Shown: piece by piece, positions 39,605 through 49,303 of the stretch | How positions within the stretch are numbered: the first letter of the stretch is position 1 | Layout of the letters: every line of letters begins with the position of its first letter | Origin: Alphaproteobacteria bacterium | Lineage (GTDB): Bacteria > Pseudomonadota > Alphaproteobacteria > UBA7887 | Reading direction: 5' to 3' | Assembly: GCA_965216755.1 (NCBI GenBank) | Contig: CBDCGL010000011.1 | Location: forward strand, 448,001-512,000 | Length of the DNA: 64,000 bases | Notes under the pieces: model-generated | What the model saw: the letters and a program-made list of their open reading frames with translations, nothing else | The model's database searches: none | Told to the model about the DNA's origin: nothing | Made by a program: the position numbers and the translations under genes

Positions 39605-41221
39605 ATGACTGAAATTACAAGGTGGGATATAGAAGACGGCGCATTCTGGGACTCGACTGGAAAACGCATCGCCAACCGCAATCTTTGGATCTCTGTGCCA
39701 AGCCTTCTGTGCGGCTTTGCTGTCTGGCTATACTGGGGAATCATCTCGGTCCAGATGCTAAATTTAGGGTTCCCATTTTCCAAGTCCGAGTTGTTTACAC
39801 TAACCGCGATAGCCGGATTTACGGGCGCGACACTACGGATTCCAAGTACGTTCTTCATCAGGATTGCTGGTGGGCGCAATACAATCTTTTTTACGACAGC
39901 CCTCCTGATGATTCCTGCGATCGGCTCTGGGATTGCACTGCAAGACAAAGATACGCCGCTATGGATGTTTCAGATCTTAGCACTGCTGTCCGGCTTCGGC
40001 GGCGGCAATTTCGCTTCCTCAATGTCCAACATCAGTTTCTTCTTTCCCAAGCGCATGCAAGGTCTTGCACTTGGTCTTAATGCGGGCCTGGGCAATGCCG
40101 GTGTCACCACTATGCAGGTGTTGGTTCCTTTGGTGATGACATTTGGCGTTTTCGGTGCGTTGGGCGGTGACCCAATGATCCTGCAAAACACTTCCGGTAC
40201 TTTGGTGGGTAAGATTCCTGCCGGCTCGGAAACCTGGATCGCCAATGCCGGTTTGGTTTGGTTGGTCCTGTTAATTCCGCTCGCGCTTGCCGGTTGGTTT
40301 GGCATGAACAACATACGAACACCCGAAGTCACACCCGTGATCAGTGGAGGCGTTATTGGCGCTTTCACACGTATAACATCAATGCTATTGGTCGGGTTGA
40401 CTACAGCGGCAGTGGGTCTCTATTTCATTCTTCCGGCGCCTTTTGGATTGGGTTTGCCGAATTGGTCGAAGTGGTACGTGCTCATCGGTGTCATCGCTGC
40501 AACAGTTATCCTTCTCTACTATGTCTGCTTTTTTGTTAGGGACAATCTCCGCCGCCAATATCAGATTTTCCGCAACAAGCATACGTGGGTGATGAGCGTC
40601 ATCTACACCATGACCTTCGGTTCTTTCATCGGCTATTCTGCCGCGTTTCCACTCGCCATCAAAGTTGTCTTTGGTTTTCAGCATCTTGAAGTCGATGGCG
40701 TCATGACGCACGACACGCTCAATCCGAATGGTCCGAGCGCGCTCATGTTTGCTTGGATGGGACCCTTTATTGGCGCCCTGATCCGACCTTTTGGGGGGTG
40801 GATTTCGGACAAGGTCGGTGGTGCAAAGGTCACGCAGGTCATCACAATCATAATGATCCTTAGTGCACTTGGTGTTGCCTACTACATGCACGCGGCTTAC
40901 CAGTCTGCAACACCGGAGGATTTCTTTCTGCCGTTCTTCGTTCTATTTCTTGTGCTGTTTGCGGGGACCGGGATAGGCAACGGTTCGACGTTTCGTACGA
41001 TTGCAATGATTTTTCCCAAGGAACAGGCCGGGCCGTCTTTGGGTTGGACGTCAGCCGTGGCCGCGTACGGTGCGTTCATTATACCCCAGGTATTCGGCGA
41101 ACAGATCAAGGCTGCGACGCCGGAACACGCGCTTTACGGTTTCGCGGTATTCTATTTTATTTGCCTACTACTTAATTGGTGGTACTACTTGGGGCCGAAA
41201 AGAGAGTTCGATAACCCTTAA
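39605..41221 (+). CDS. narK: NarK2/NarU-type nitrate/nitrite antiporter
   Basis: WDIEDGAFW..IANRNLWISVP, GFGGGNFASSMSNISFFFP, GIGNGSTFR. Confidence 0.92.
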   Translation: MTEITRWDIEDGAFWDSTGKRIANRNLWISVPSLLCGFAVWLYWGIISVQMLNLGFPFSKSELFTLTAIAGFTGATLRIPSTFFIRIAGGRNTIFFTTALLMIPAIGSGIALQDKDTPLWMFQILALLSGFGGGNFASSMSNISFFFPKRMQGLALGLNAGLGNAGVTTMQVLVPLVMTFGVFGALGGDPMILQNTSGTLVGKIPAGSETWIANAGLVWLVLLIPLALAGWFGMNNIRTPEVTPVISGGVIGAFTRITSMLLVGLTTAAVGLYFILPAPFGLGLPNWSKWYVLIGVIAATVILLYYVCFFVRDNLRRQYQIFRNKHTWVMSVIYTMTFGSFIGYSAAFPLAIKVVFGFQHLEVDGVMTHDTLNPNGPSALMFAWMGPFIGALIRPFGGWISDKVGGAKVTQVITIIMILSALGVAYYMHAAYQSATPEDFFLPFFVLFLVLFAGTGIGNGSTFRTIAMIFPKEQAGPSLGWTSAVAAYGAFIIPQVFGEQIKAATPEHALYGFAVFYFICLLLNWWYYLGPKREFDNP

Positions 41222-41340
41222 GAGTTTTGTTCGATGCGGCTGATCCTAGTGGTAAACGGCGAGGGTTCCATTTTATCGAAATCCGGTTAGGTCTAGAGAA
41301 CGGATGGAAGTCAAGCTCTGAGCGCAGGTAACAAATCGGT

Positions 41341-41787
41341 TCAGACTATACAAACTTTCCGAGTTCGGGCCCAATCCGTCCCGAGCTTGGTCAATGCGTC
41401 AGCGCCCAAAATTCGTCGCGCCATGGGAAACAGGACCTCTTCTTCCTTACGAAAATGGCTGCGCGCGGCGCTTAATGCGTCGGCCACCCAATAAACCGCT
41501 TGCTCGACTTCGTCTACGTCTTCGATTTGACCAAGTAGCTGCTCCATTTCGCGGTGTTCCGCAGTCATAACGGCTAGCGGACCGGCGTCCTGTCCCAAGT
41601 AAGGGGAGAGCGCGGTGAAAAGAAGGTCCTCCTCAATCTTGGCGTGCGAATCTACCATTGTCGCCAATACAGTTGTGGCGGCACGGATCTGAGCCATGGC
41701 ACCCTCAATAGTGGCGATGTCTTCAACTTGATTAAATAACATGTAAAACGCACCGTGTTCGCCAAGTAATGCGTCAGTCAATTGCAT
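41341..41787 (-). CDS. Hemerythrin-like (HHE) domain protein
   Basis: EHGAF...HAKIEEDLLF...EH...HFRKEEEVLFP. Confidence 0.85.
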   Translation of the reverse strand: MQLTDALLGEHGAFYMLFNQVEDIATIEGAMAQIRAATTVLATMVDSHAKIEEDLLFTALSPYLGQDAGPLAVMTAEHREMEQLLGQIEDVDEVEQAVYWVADALSAARSHFRKEEEVLFPMARRILGADALTKLGTDWARTRKVCIV

Positions 41788-42846
41788 GAGGTGAAACTCC
41801 CGAGCATTGTTTCAAGAGACACTACTACACATGCAATGTGACAGCAACTTGGAACTGATACACATGACTATTTGTCGAGGGTGCATTTATCGAGAAATGA
41901 CGTGTGTGAGATTACAGGCGCGCAGGACTTTCGGTGATGCTTGTCGGGAAGTTGCGATGGAGGTTAGGCGGCGCTTCACAACGCCGACTGGGTGTTAATT
42001 GAGAGGGCAACCTGACGTGTCGCGAGGAATGTCGCATTCGAGATCATGCTCGGATGCCGTTAATCGTGGCAACCGACGAATTTGGTCGAGTGAATGTAAC
42101 GATGGGAGAGGCACACATGACGCTAGGGCGGCACCCGACAGTCGTGAACCAAATTCGTTGATTGCTCGGCGGGGGCGGCCAGCAGGGCGGGGCGCTTGCT
42201 CGGCAATTCCGATGCTTAGTCGCCCTTTGTTCAAACGGAGTCGTTTGAACGAAGCTAAATTGATCGATTTCAGTTAGATAGAGCGTGTCATGCGAACGCA
42301 TGTGAGCGTGAGGTGCTCCAGTGCCCTGGGGCTGATGAAGGTTGGGGTGGGAAGGCAAGGTGGAAGTCGAGATGCATTGGCACTTTAGCATTTCGATGGC
42401 ACGTCGTTGGCTGGCTGCCACAATATCGTTTCACAGTTTTACATTTTGATACAATCTGTTTCTGGATTGGTGTGCCTACCGGGCGTAGGATGAATTGCTG
42501 AACTTTGCATTCTGCGAGCATTTGTATAATTAGGAGACCATGCTAATTACACTTCGATAGACGTAATCGTTTCGAAAATGGGCTGGATATGAACTCTAGT
42601 AACGGCGGTTCCATCTAAAGGGTTTGCGCGCGCGTAGGAACCGTCGACGGCGTCGGTGTGCTGAGCCGCCGTCGATTGTTGGGCGTTTCCTTGGTCTTTG
42701 TGTTTGCAGCTTAGTTATTTGGCGGCGTTTTGTACGCGGATTCTTTCGATTTTGTCGACGGTAAACCGGCTTTTCTGGTCCATTGGTCTCACTGCCACGG
42801 TCCGCAAGGCATAGGGGCCTACGGGCGCAATCTCACGGATGGCGAA

Positions 42847-43212
42847 TCAAGGCACCGCGCATAATACCCACACCTCGTCGCCTTTTTTCAGCTCCAAGGT
42901 CAATTCGCCGACCAGTGTTTTCAGGCGCGCGTTTTTCCGTTCGAGCCGGCCTTGGCGCTGTTGATCGCCGGCCGTCTCGAAGGCATGTGCGGCGTTCCCC
43001 ATAAATTGATCACGCCATTGATAATATTGCGATTGCGCGATGCCGTGCTCATTGCACAACTCAGCAACAGGCCGGCCTCTCAGCCCCTCCAACACGATCA
43101 GCGCCTTCTGCGCCGACGTCCATTTTCGTCGTTTCATAGCTGCAACCCCCCTTCTTCATGCAGCCACGATTTCTCTCTTAGCTCAACCTCTCTTCAAACA
43201 GGGAGCGGTATA
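42847..43212 (-). mobile_element. Truncated IS3-family element (left end plus orfA at 42847-43137)
   Basis: orfA MKRRKWTSAQKALIVLEGL..HGI..QYYQWR with an A6G slippery site; orfB absent. Confidence 0.8.
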
Positions 43213-43990
43213 AATGTTTGAATTGTTAAATAACCGCTCGACATGATTGCGATAGCGATACAGGAAGGTACTGAAGGCGGGGATCCTGATCCGGCGCGGC
43301 ATCGGTTTGATGTTTGCCCAGGCATCGCGGTCCGCCATCTGTTGGCGCAGCGCGTCGCTGTCATAGGCGCGATCGGCGAGCAGAATGTTGCTGGCGCCTA
43401 GGCTGTCCAGCATGTCGGCCGCGCTCCTGCCATCGCGGGCTTGCCCTTCAGTGAGCTTGAGGTCGATGGCCAAACCGTTCGCGTCGACCAGGGCGTGGAT
43501 CTTGGTCGTCAACCCACCTCGTGAGCGCCCCATGCATCGGGCTCGAGCGTCGTTCCCGGAGGCGGCCGGCGCCGTTTCCCAGGCCCCCCATTTACGTTCG
43601 CGGCATGTTGATGAACCCGCACAGACGGTGAGTCGATCATTTGTGGGTCGCCCTCGTAGGCCTCTGAAATGGCGTCGAAAACACGATCCCAGACGCCTAT
43701 TTTCCGCCACCGGACAAACCGGTTGTCGCAGGTCGTCGGCGGACCATACCGTTCCGGAATGTCCGCCTAAGGTAACCTTGTGCGTCGACGCCGATAGATG
43801 CCGTTCAACACTTTCCGGTCGTCGGCGCGCGCGACACCGCGTGGTTTGTTGGGCAGCAAAGGTTCAATGATCGACCATTCGAAGTCTGATAGTTCGTACG
43901 GTCTTGGTGACATCGTGGGTCCCCGTCCTTGATTGAGCCCTTGACTCACGGTTCGACCAAAATTGGAACCCCTTTTATGAGTTCATGGCC
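43213..43990 (-). pseudogene. IS5-family transposase relic, cut at its 3' end by the IS3 relic
   Basis: ELSDFEWSIIEPLLP, GRSRGGLTTKIHALVD, LLADRAYDSD, YRYRNHVERLFN; frameshifted; end abuts CTAG near 43990. Confidence 0.8.
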
Positions 43991-44099
43991 TAGTCCATGT
44001 TGATTGTCAGTTCATAAGCGGCCTCTGGTCCATTGGGATGATGGTTTCCGGAGCCGGGCGCTGCCCAGGTTAATGATGCGACTACCTGCAAGCGGCGCC

Positions 44100-46364
44100 T
44101 CAGCCATGGCGCTTGTCGGAGACCGGGCGCAACCGCGCAGGAACGAACTTGTGCCACGGCGTACCGGCGAAAGCATCGCGATCCTCGCTCGCCGTAAGCT
44201 CGTTGGGCGGGGTTCCAGTGACCCGCCCGACGCCGACGGCGTCCGGATAGGTGAGCCCAAGGCCGTTGGGCAACGAGATGTGGCCCGGACGCATGCGCTC
44301 GTCGCAGCGCACCATCACAGTCACGGCACCGCGTTTGGTCGACAGCTCGGCGCTACCACCGTCTACGAGACCAAGCTCCGTCGCGTCTGCAGGACTGACC
44401 GCGAGGGCTGTGGCGTCGTTGCGTTTCAGCCAGCGCGGATCGCGGATGTTAGTTTGGGCGGTATAGTCGCGCCGCTCTCCCGCCTCGAGCACGAGCGGGA
44501 AAGCGTCGCGGTCACCGGGCAGAATGTCTTCGCTGAGCGAGGTCAGCTCATCGATCATCTCTGGCAGCCAGAGATTGGCTTTGCCGCGCATGCGCTGCAA
44601 GCTGTCCTCGGGCGCGTCGATGCTGAAGATAAAACCCGAGGGATTGTCGAGGGCGGCACGGAAAAGCGCTTCCCCCGCTGTCGGCCCGGAGAATCCGGCG
44701 CGAGCCACGGAGTCTGGATACTTGCGGGCGCAAATGTGTGCCGATAGCCAGAGGCCTACGGCGGTATCCGCTCCGTCAGCCAGGGTCGGGCCGAGCGTGC
44801 GCTGGAGAGCATGAATCGGGAAGGCGGCGATGCGCGGGTTCTCTTTCATTGCCGTGAAGAAGGCGCCGGCGAAGGCATCGCGATCGTTCGCCGCGGTCTC
44901 CGCAAGGGCGTCGAGGTCGCTGTCTTCGAAGACACCGATTGCCTGTAGCAGACTCGAATGGATTTCTGCCTCCGACAAGGTGCCCGGCAGCGGCGCAATG
45001 ATGGGGCGGCGCAGCTGGAAGAAATTTCGCGGAAACTCGAAATTAAAGAACGCTGCCTCCCACTTTTCGTATTGCGACGAAGCGGGCAGAACGTAGTGCG
45101 CGAGCTTCGCCGTCTCCGTCATCGCCACGTCGACGACTACGAGCAGCTCAAGCGCCGAGAGCGCCTCGCGCATGCGCTGGGAATCGGCCAGCGAGTGAGC
45201 GGGGTTTGCGCTCTCGACGAATGCCGCGCGCAGCCGGGCGGGGTGATCACCGAGAATTTCGTCCGGCAAAAGGTTGCACGGGATCATGTCGCCAAGCAAA
45301 CGCGTGCCCGTGACCGGGGAAGCCGGAAAAGCGCCGTCCGCCTCCCGGGTTCTGGCATAAATCGGCACGAAGTGGCTCGGGATGTTGGCGGCACCCAGCT
45401 TTGCGAAATGGCCCGTCACCAGGATCAGCAATCCGTTGAGGTAGCTGTTGAGGGTAGAGTTGGGCGACATCTCGACACCGAGATCCTCGTACATCGCCAT
45501 GCTCTCGGCTGCGACAATGCGGCGCGCGGCGGCACGAATGAGCGCGGCGTCCACGCCGCAGATACGGGCATAGTCGTCAACGTCGATCTCGGCAAAGAGG
45601 GCAAGGGTCTGATCCACGCCTTCCGCATGCGCGGCGAGGAAATCGTGATCGGCCAGACCCTCCTGCACGATCACGGCAACCAGCGCCGAAAGGCACCAAG
45701 CGTCGCGGCCCGGTTTCACTTGCAGGTGGAAATCGGCGAGTTCGGCTGTTTCGGTGCGCTTCGGGTCGAGCACGATCATCGAGCGAGCCTCGTCGCGCCA
45801 GATTTGGCGCAAGGTCGCCCGAGCCCGCTGAATGCCGTTCGAATGCCAAGGATTCTTGCCAACGAACACTGCGACCTCGCAATTCTCGAAATCGCCATGC
45901 CAATTGTTGCCGAACATTCGCTGGTTGACCCAGGCCATGCCCGTCTTCTCCTGCGCCAGGGCACTGGAGCGATAGGTGATGCCAAGCGCCTGGCGCAGCC
46001 CGGTGGCGTAGAGGCCAGGCAAGTGGTTGCCCTGGCCGCCGCCGCCGTAATAAAGAATCTTGTCGCCGCCGTGCCCGTCGCGAATGGCGAGGAGCTTGGC
46101 CGCGACCTCGGCAATGGCGGTGTCCCAGTCGATCGTCTCGAAACTGCCGTCGGCGCGCCGGCGCAACGGCGCGGTCAACCGGTCGCGGCCGTTCTGGTAG
46201 TAGTCGATCTGCAACGCCTTGTTGCAGGTGTAGCCCTTCGAGGCGGGATGATCTTTGTCTCCCTTGACACGCGCCATATGCCGCCCGCTTTCATCCAGCT
46301 GCACCGCAAGGCCGCAATTTGTGTAGCACAGCATGCACGCCGTCTTGAGCCACTGGTCCGTCAT
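44100..46364 (-). CDS. Molybdopterin-dependent oxidoreductase (DMSO reductase superfamily), substrate unknown
   Basis: CMLCYTNC...GYTCNK Fe-S motif; VDVAMTETAKLAHYVLPASSQYEK; C-terminal molydopterin-binding domain; no Tat leader. Confidence 0.85.
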   Translation of the reverse strand: MTDQWLKTACMLCYTNCGLAVQLDESGRHMARVKGDKDHPASKGYTCNKALQIDYYQNGRDRLTAPLRRRADGSFETIDWDTAIAEVAAKLLAIRDGHGGDKILYYGGGGQGNHLPGLYATGLRQALGITYRSSALAQEKTGMAWVNQRMFGNNWHGDFENCEVAVFVGKNPWHSNGIQRARATLRQIWRDEARSMIVLDPKRTETAELADFHLQVKPGRDAWCLSALVAVIVQEGLADHDFLAAHAEGVDQTLALFAEIDVDDYARICGVDAALIRAAARRIVAAESMAMYEDLGVEMSPNSTLNSYLNGLLILVTGHFAKLGAANIPSHFVPIYARTREADGAFPASPVTGTRLLGDMIPCNLLPDEILGDHPARLRAAFVESANPAHSLADSQRMREALSALELLVVVDVAMTETAKLAHYVLPASSQYEKWEAAFFNFEFPRNFFQLRRPIIAPLPGTLSEAEIHSSLLQAIGVFEDSDLDALAETAANDRDAFAGAFFTAMKENPRIAAFPIHALQRTLGPTLADGADTAVGLWLSAHICARKYPDSVARAGFSGPTAGEALFRAALDNPSGFIFSIDAPEDSLQRMRGKANLWLPEMIDELTSLSEDILPGDRDAFPLVLEAGERRDYTAQTNIRDPRWLKRNDATALAVSPADATELGLVDGGSAELSTKRGAVTVMVRCDERMRPGHISLPNGLGLTYPDAVGVGRVTGTPPNELTASEDRDAFAGTPWHKFVPARLRPVSDKRHG

Positions 46365-46715
46365 TGCCCGCCCTCCTTAACCAATCTCGCGTGAGGATCG
46401 TAACCGACAAGACGGCGCGGCACCAGATTCGGCACGACAACCTTTATGCGCGGTCGCGCGATCACTTGCTGCCGAACTGCCCGGTTGCCTCGACCGGATT
46501 GTGCACGGCTGCTAGGGATTGGGGCGGCTCAGAGGCGCTGCCCACGACCTTCTCCGATATCATTCTCTTCCTGCCTTCGCTACTGGAGCGAGGCGCTGCG
46601 CCAGGTGAGATCCGTTACGGTTTCAATCGAAACATCGCAAGAGAGGAAGAAAGGATACGGAAAAGCAGCGCGAAACGATCATCTTCCCCAATGCCAGCGC
46701 AGGGATGAAAGGCTA

Positions 46716-46802
46716 TATACCGCTTCCTGTTTGAAAGACGGTTGAGCTAAGAGAGAAATCGTGGCTGCATGAAGAAGGGGGTTGCAGCTATGAAACGACG
46801 AA
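46716..46802 (+). repeat. IS3-type left-end copy 3 (inverted), including the orfA start
   Basis: TATACCGCTTCCTGTTTGAA...GCAGCTATGAAACGACGAA matches the reverse complement of ~43125-43212. Confidence 0.85.
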
Positions 46803-47455
46803 TTTCTTGGTTGGCTGGTCGATGAGGGCATTGCACCGCATGTCGTTGTTCGCGATCAAAGCAAACGCAAGGACGGCACCTTTGCCAAAGCTGATTTCCA
46901 GTACGATGACGAAAGAGATCTCTACGACTGTCAGGATGGAAAATATCTCAAACGGTACCGATTGGCCGGGCGGTTGCCAAAAGCTAAGCCACCTAAGGAT
47001 TGTCTGCACAAATATCGAACGCCAAAGGCCGGCTGTGATGCCCGCCCGCTGAAGATACAGTGTTGCCCCAATCAACCGCTGCGTCAAGTATCGCGCAGCA
47101 CCCACGAAACAACCCGAGACATTGCTCATTCCCTTGTCGGCACTGACGAATTCCAGCGGTCATGGGACGACCGTAAGAAGGTCGAGATGCGCTTTGGGCA
47201 TCTCAAGACCTATCATCGCTTCGAGCGAATGAGATTGCGTGGGTTGTCCGGCGACAGGGACGAATTTCACCTCGCTGCCATCGTCCAGAACCTCAAAACC
47301 ATTGCCTTGATGCTGAACAAACTGCGGCCGACCCCGCGCGGCGTAATCGCTCACACTATGGCACTGCCCTTGCCGTAAGCTACCTCAAAGCGATGTATCA
47401 GACGATGCGACGGACGCCAGTGATCGCCCGTTTCTCCACTTTTTCAACAGCATCG
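46803..47455 (+). pseudogene. IS1182-family transposase C-terminal relic
   Basis: CDARPLKIQCC, RKKVEMRFGHLK, RLRGLSG..DEFHLAAIVQNLK; end-like TTTTTCAACAGCATC. Confidence 0.75.
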
Positions 47456-47615
47456 ACCCCTTTCGGCCCTGAGCGGTTGCAACATCTGCGGTCTCGGTGA
47501 CAGCCGCTTCGATCAAGCCGGGGTGTCTTGGGAACTTTCTTATGTCGATGCGCGGACTATTGGTCCATGCGAGCGTGATGTCGGGCGAGGCTGATACCGC
47601 TGGCCGAAGTCTCCG

Positions 47616-48548
47616 TCACGCAGCCGCAACGGGCAGGCGTAAATGCACCGTCGGCGGATCAATTCCTTCCTGTTCGCAGCTATTAGCGATGTCGAGGACG
47701 GTGGCGCGTTGCATGTCGCGGCGGAAGCGCAAGTCGTCAAAGGGCACGCCGCGATGCAGCGTGCAGCGATTGTCCCACATGACGAGATCACCAACACGCC
47801 AACGGTGGACGTAAGTGAACTGCGGTTGCGTGGCATGCGCAAGCATTTCGTCGACTAGCGCTTTGGCCCCTGCGTCGTCCATTCCGACGATGTAGCCGGC
47901 ATGCGATGCAACGAACAAGTTCTTGCGCCCCGTCTGCGGCATCTGACGAATCATAACATGCGGCACGGCACCGACAGCCAAGCGTTCGCCTTCCTCCCAG
48001 TCGGCATAACCTGTGCGCTCGCGCGAATAGACCAAAGAGTGTTCCGCAACCAGACCGTCGAGGTGCGCTTTTTGAGTCTCCGGCAAGGTATCATACGCCG
48101 CGCGCAAATCAGCAAAGGCGGTCTGGCCACCAACCGGCGGGATCTCACGGGCATAGAGCAACGAGACGAATGCCGGCACGTATTTGAACGAGCTGTCGGT
48201 GTGCCACAGACGGTTGCCGAGATGGAGGCCGCGCAGCCGACTGCTCTTCTCAAGAATTTTGCCATTGGCATCGAGATTCGATACATCCGTAATATCCTCG
48301 CGAAGGCGCAACTTTTGATCGGCGACCGCGTTCTTGACTACGCTGTGATCCATCGGCCCAAAATTCTTGGCAAATGAAACGTGCTCGTCCTGAGACAGCT
48401 TCTGGTCCGGGAAGATTAGGACGGCATATGTCCACAGTGCCTGCTTAATTTCTTCAAGATTCCCAGGCGTTAGGGACGCCAGATCCACGTCGCACACTTC
48501 AGCGACGAAGTCTTCGTTGACAGGACGAATCGTAACGCCCACGGCCAT
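47616..48548 (-). CDS. TauD/TfdA-family 2-oxoglutarate dioxygenase
   Basis: WHTDSS (HxD), FADLRAAYD, WDNRCTLHRG. Confidence 0.92.
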   Translation of the reverse strand: MAVGVTIRPVNEDFVAEVCDVDLASLTPGNLEEIKQALWTYAVLIFPDQKLSQDEHVSFAKNFGPMDHSVVKNAVADQKLRLREDITDVSNLDANGKILEKSSRLRGLHLGNRLWHTDSSFKYVPAFVSLLYAREIPPVGGQTAFADLRAAYDTLPETQKAHLDGLVAEHSLVYSRERTGYADWEEGERLAVGAVPHVMIRQMPQTGRKNLFVASHAGYIVGMDDAGAKALVDEMLAHATQPQFTYVHRWRVGDLVMWDNRCTLHRGVPFDDLRFRRDMQRATVLDIANSCEQEGIDPPTVHLRLPVAAA

Positions 48549-48899
48549 TCCCTCCATCTTCCAAGCCTTGCAGCTGGCCAATGCGCGCGCGTCAAATGAG
48601 GCTGCTTGACTAGGCTTTACCTGAACTCTGGGAATCTATGGCAACCGCCGGCCCAAAGACAGGGTCATACTTGCAATGCTGGCCCGCGAGCCACGACCTG
48701 CACCGAAGATTTGCCTCGCGTTCACTGCCGAAATTGACGCCGGACGACGTCATGGGCTTCGAGGCCTGACAACGGTGTCGCGTCACGTTCCGATGGATGA
48801 GCTGCGTTTTCTAAGGCATCTGCCTGTCAATCATTGCCATTGATTGCGGTCGGCAAACGCTCATGCTCGCGAATTGGCATCGTTACAAGTGCGCGCTGC

Positions 48900-49303
48900 G
48901 GACCTTTCACCGTTAGTAGTTGCCGGATGATCAAAAGGCGGTTGTCAGTTGCGCAATCCGAACGACAACCGCACGCAGTGACCGCCATTCAAAGGTCGCC
49001 GACGTTCTCAATGTGCGGCGCCCTGTCTGGCGAATGGCAGGTCTTGGCTATCAGGCTTGGCCATATCCAGGGTAAGCGAACGCTTATTCCGGTTGGTGCT
49101 CAGAAAGTATGCCGCCTGACCGCTGTCTTCGCCGTGCGCATCCTTCATGTACGGTGGTCCGCAGCCACGCGTATCGTCGCCGCGACCTAGTTGTTCGACC
49201 TTGATCACGTCCGCGCCTAGATCGCCGAGCAACTGCGTGCCGCTCGGCCCGGCCAGAAACCGGGTCCGAACGAATACCCGGAATTCGTCGAGTGCGCTTG
49301 CGA
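48900..49303 (-). pseudogene. CaiB/BaiF CoA-transferase fragment
   Basis: LAGP..TQLLGDLGADVIKVE and STNRNKRSLTLD; frame lost afterwards. Boundaries approximate. Confidence 0.75.

Noticed and set aside
41800-42800. Short ORFs in the AT-richer gap after the second hemerythrin
   Set aside because: No motifs or convincing RBS; likely promoter or decayed DNA.
44958-46394. 478-aa plus-strand ORF
   Set aside because: Antisense to the Mo-oxidoreductase; a typical high-GC shadow frame.
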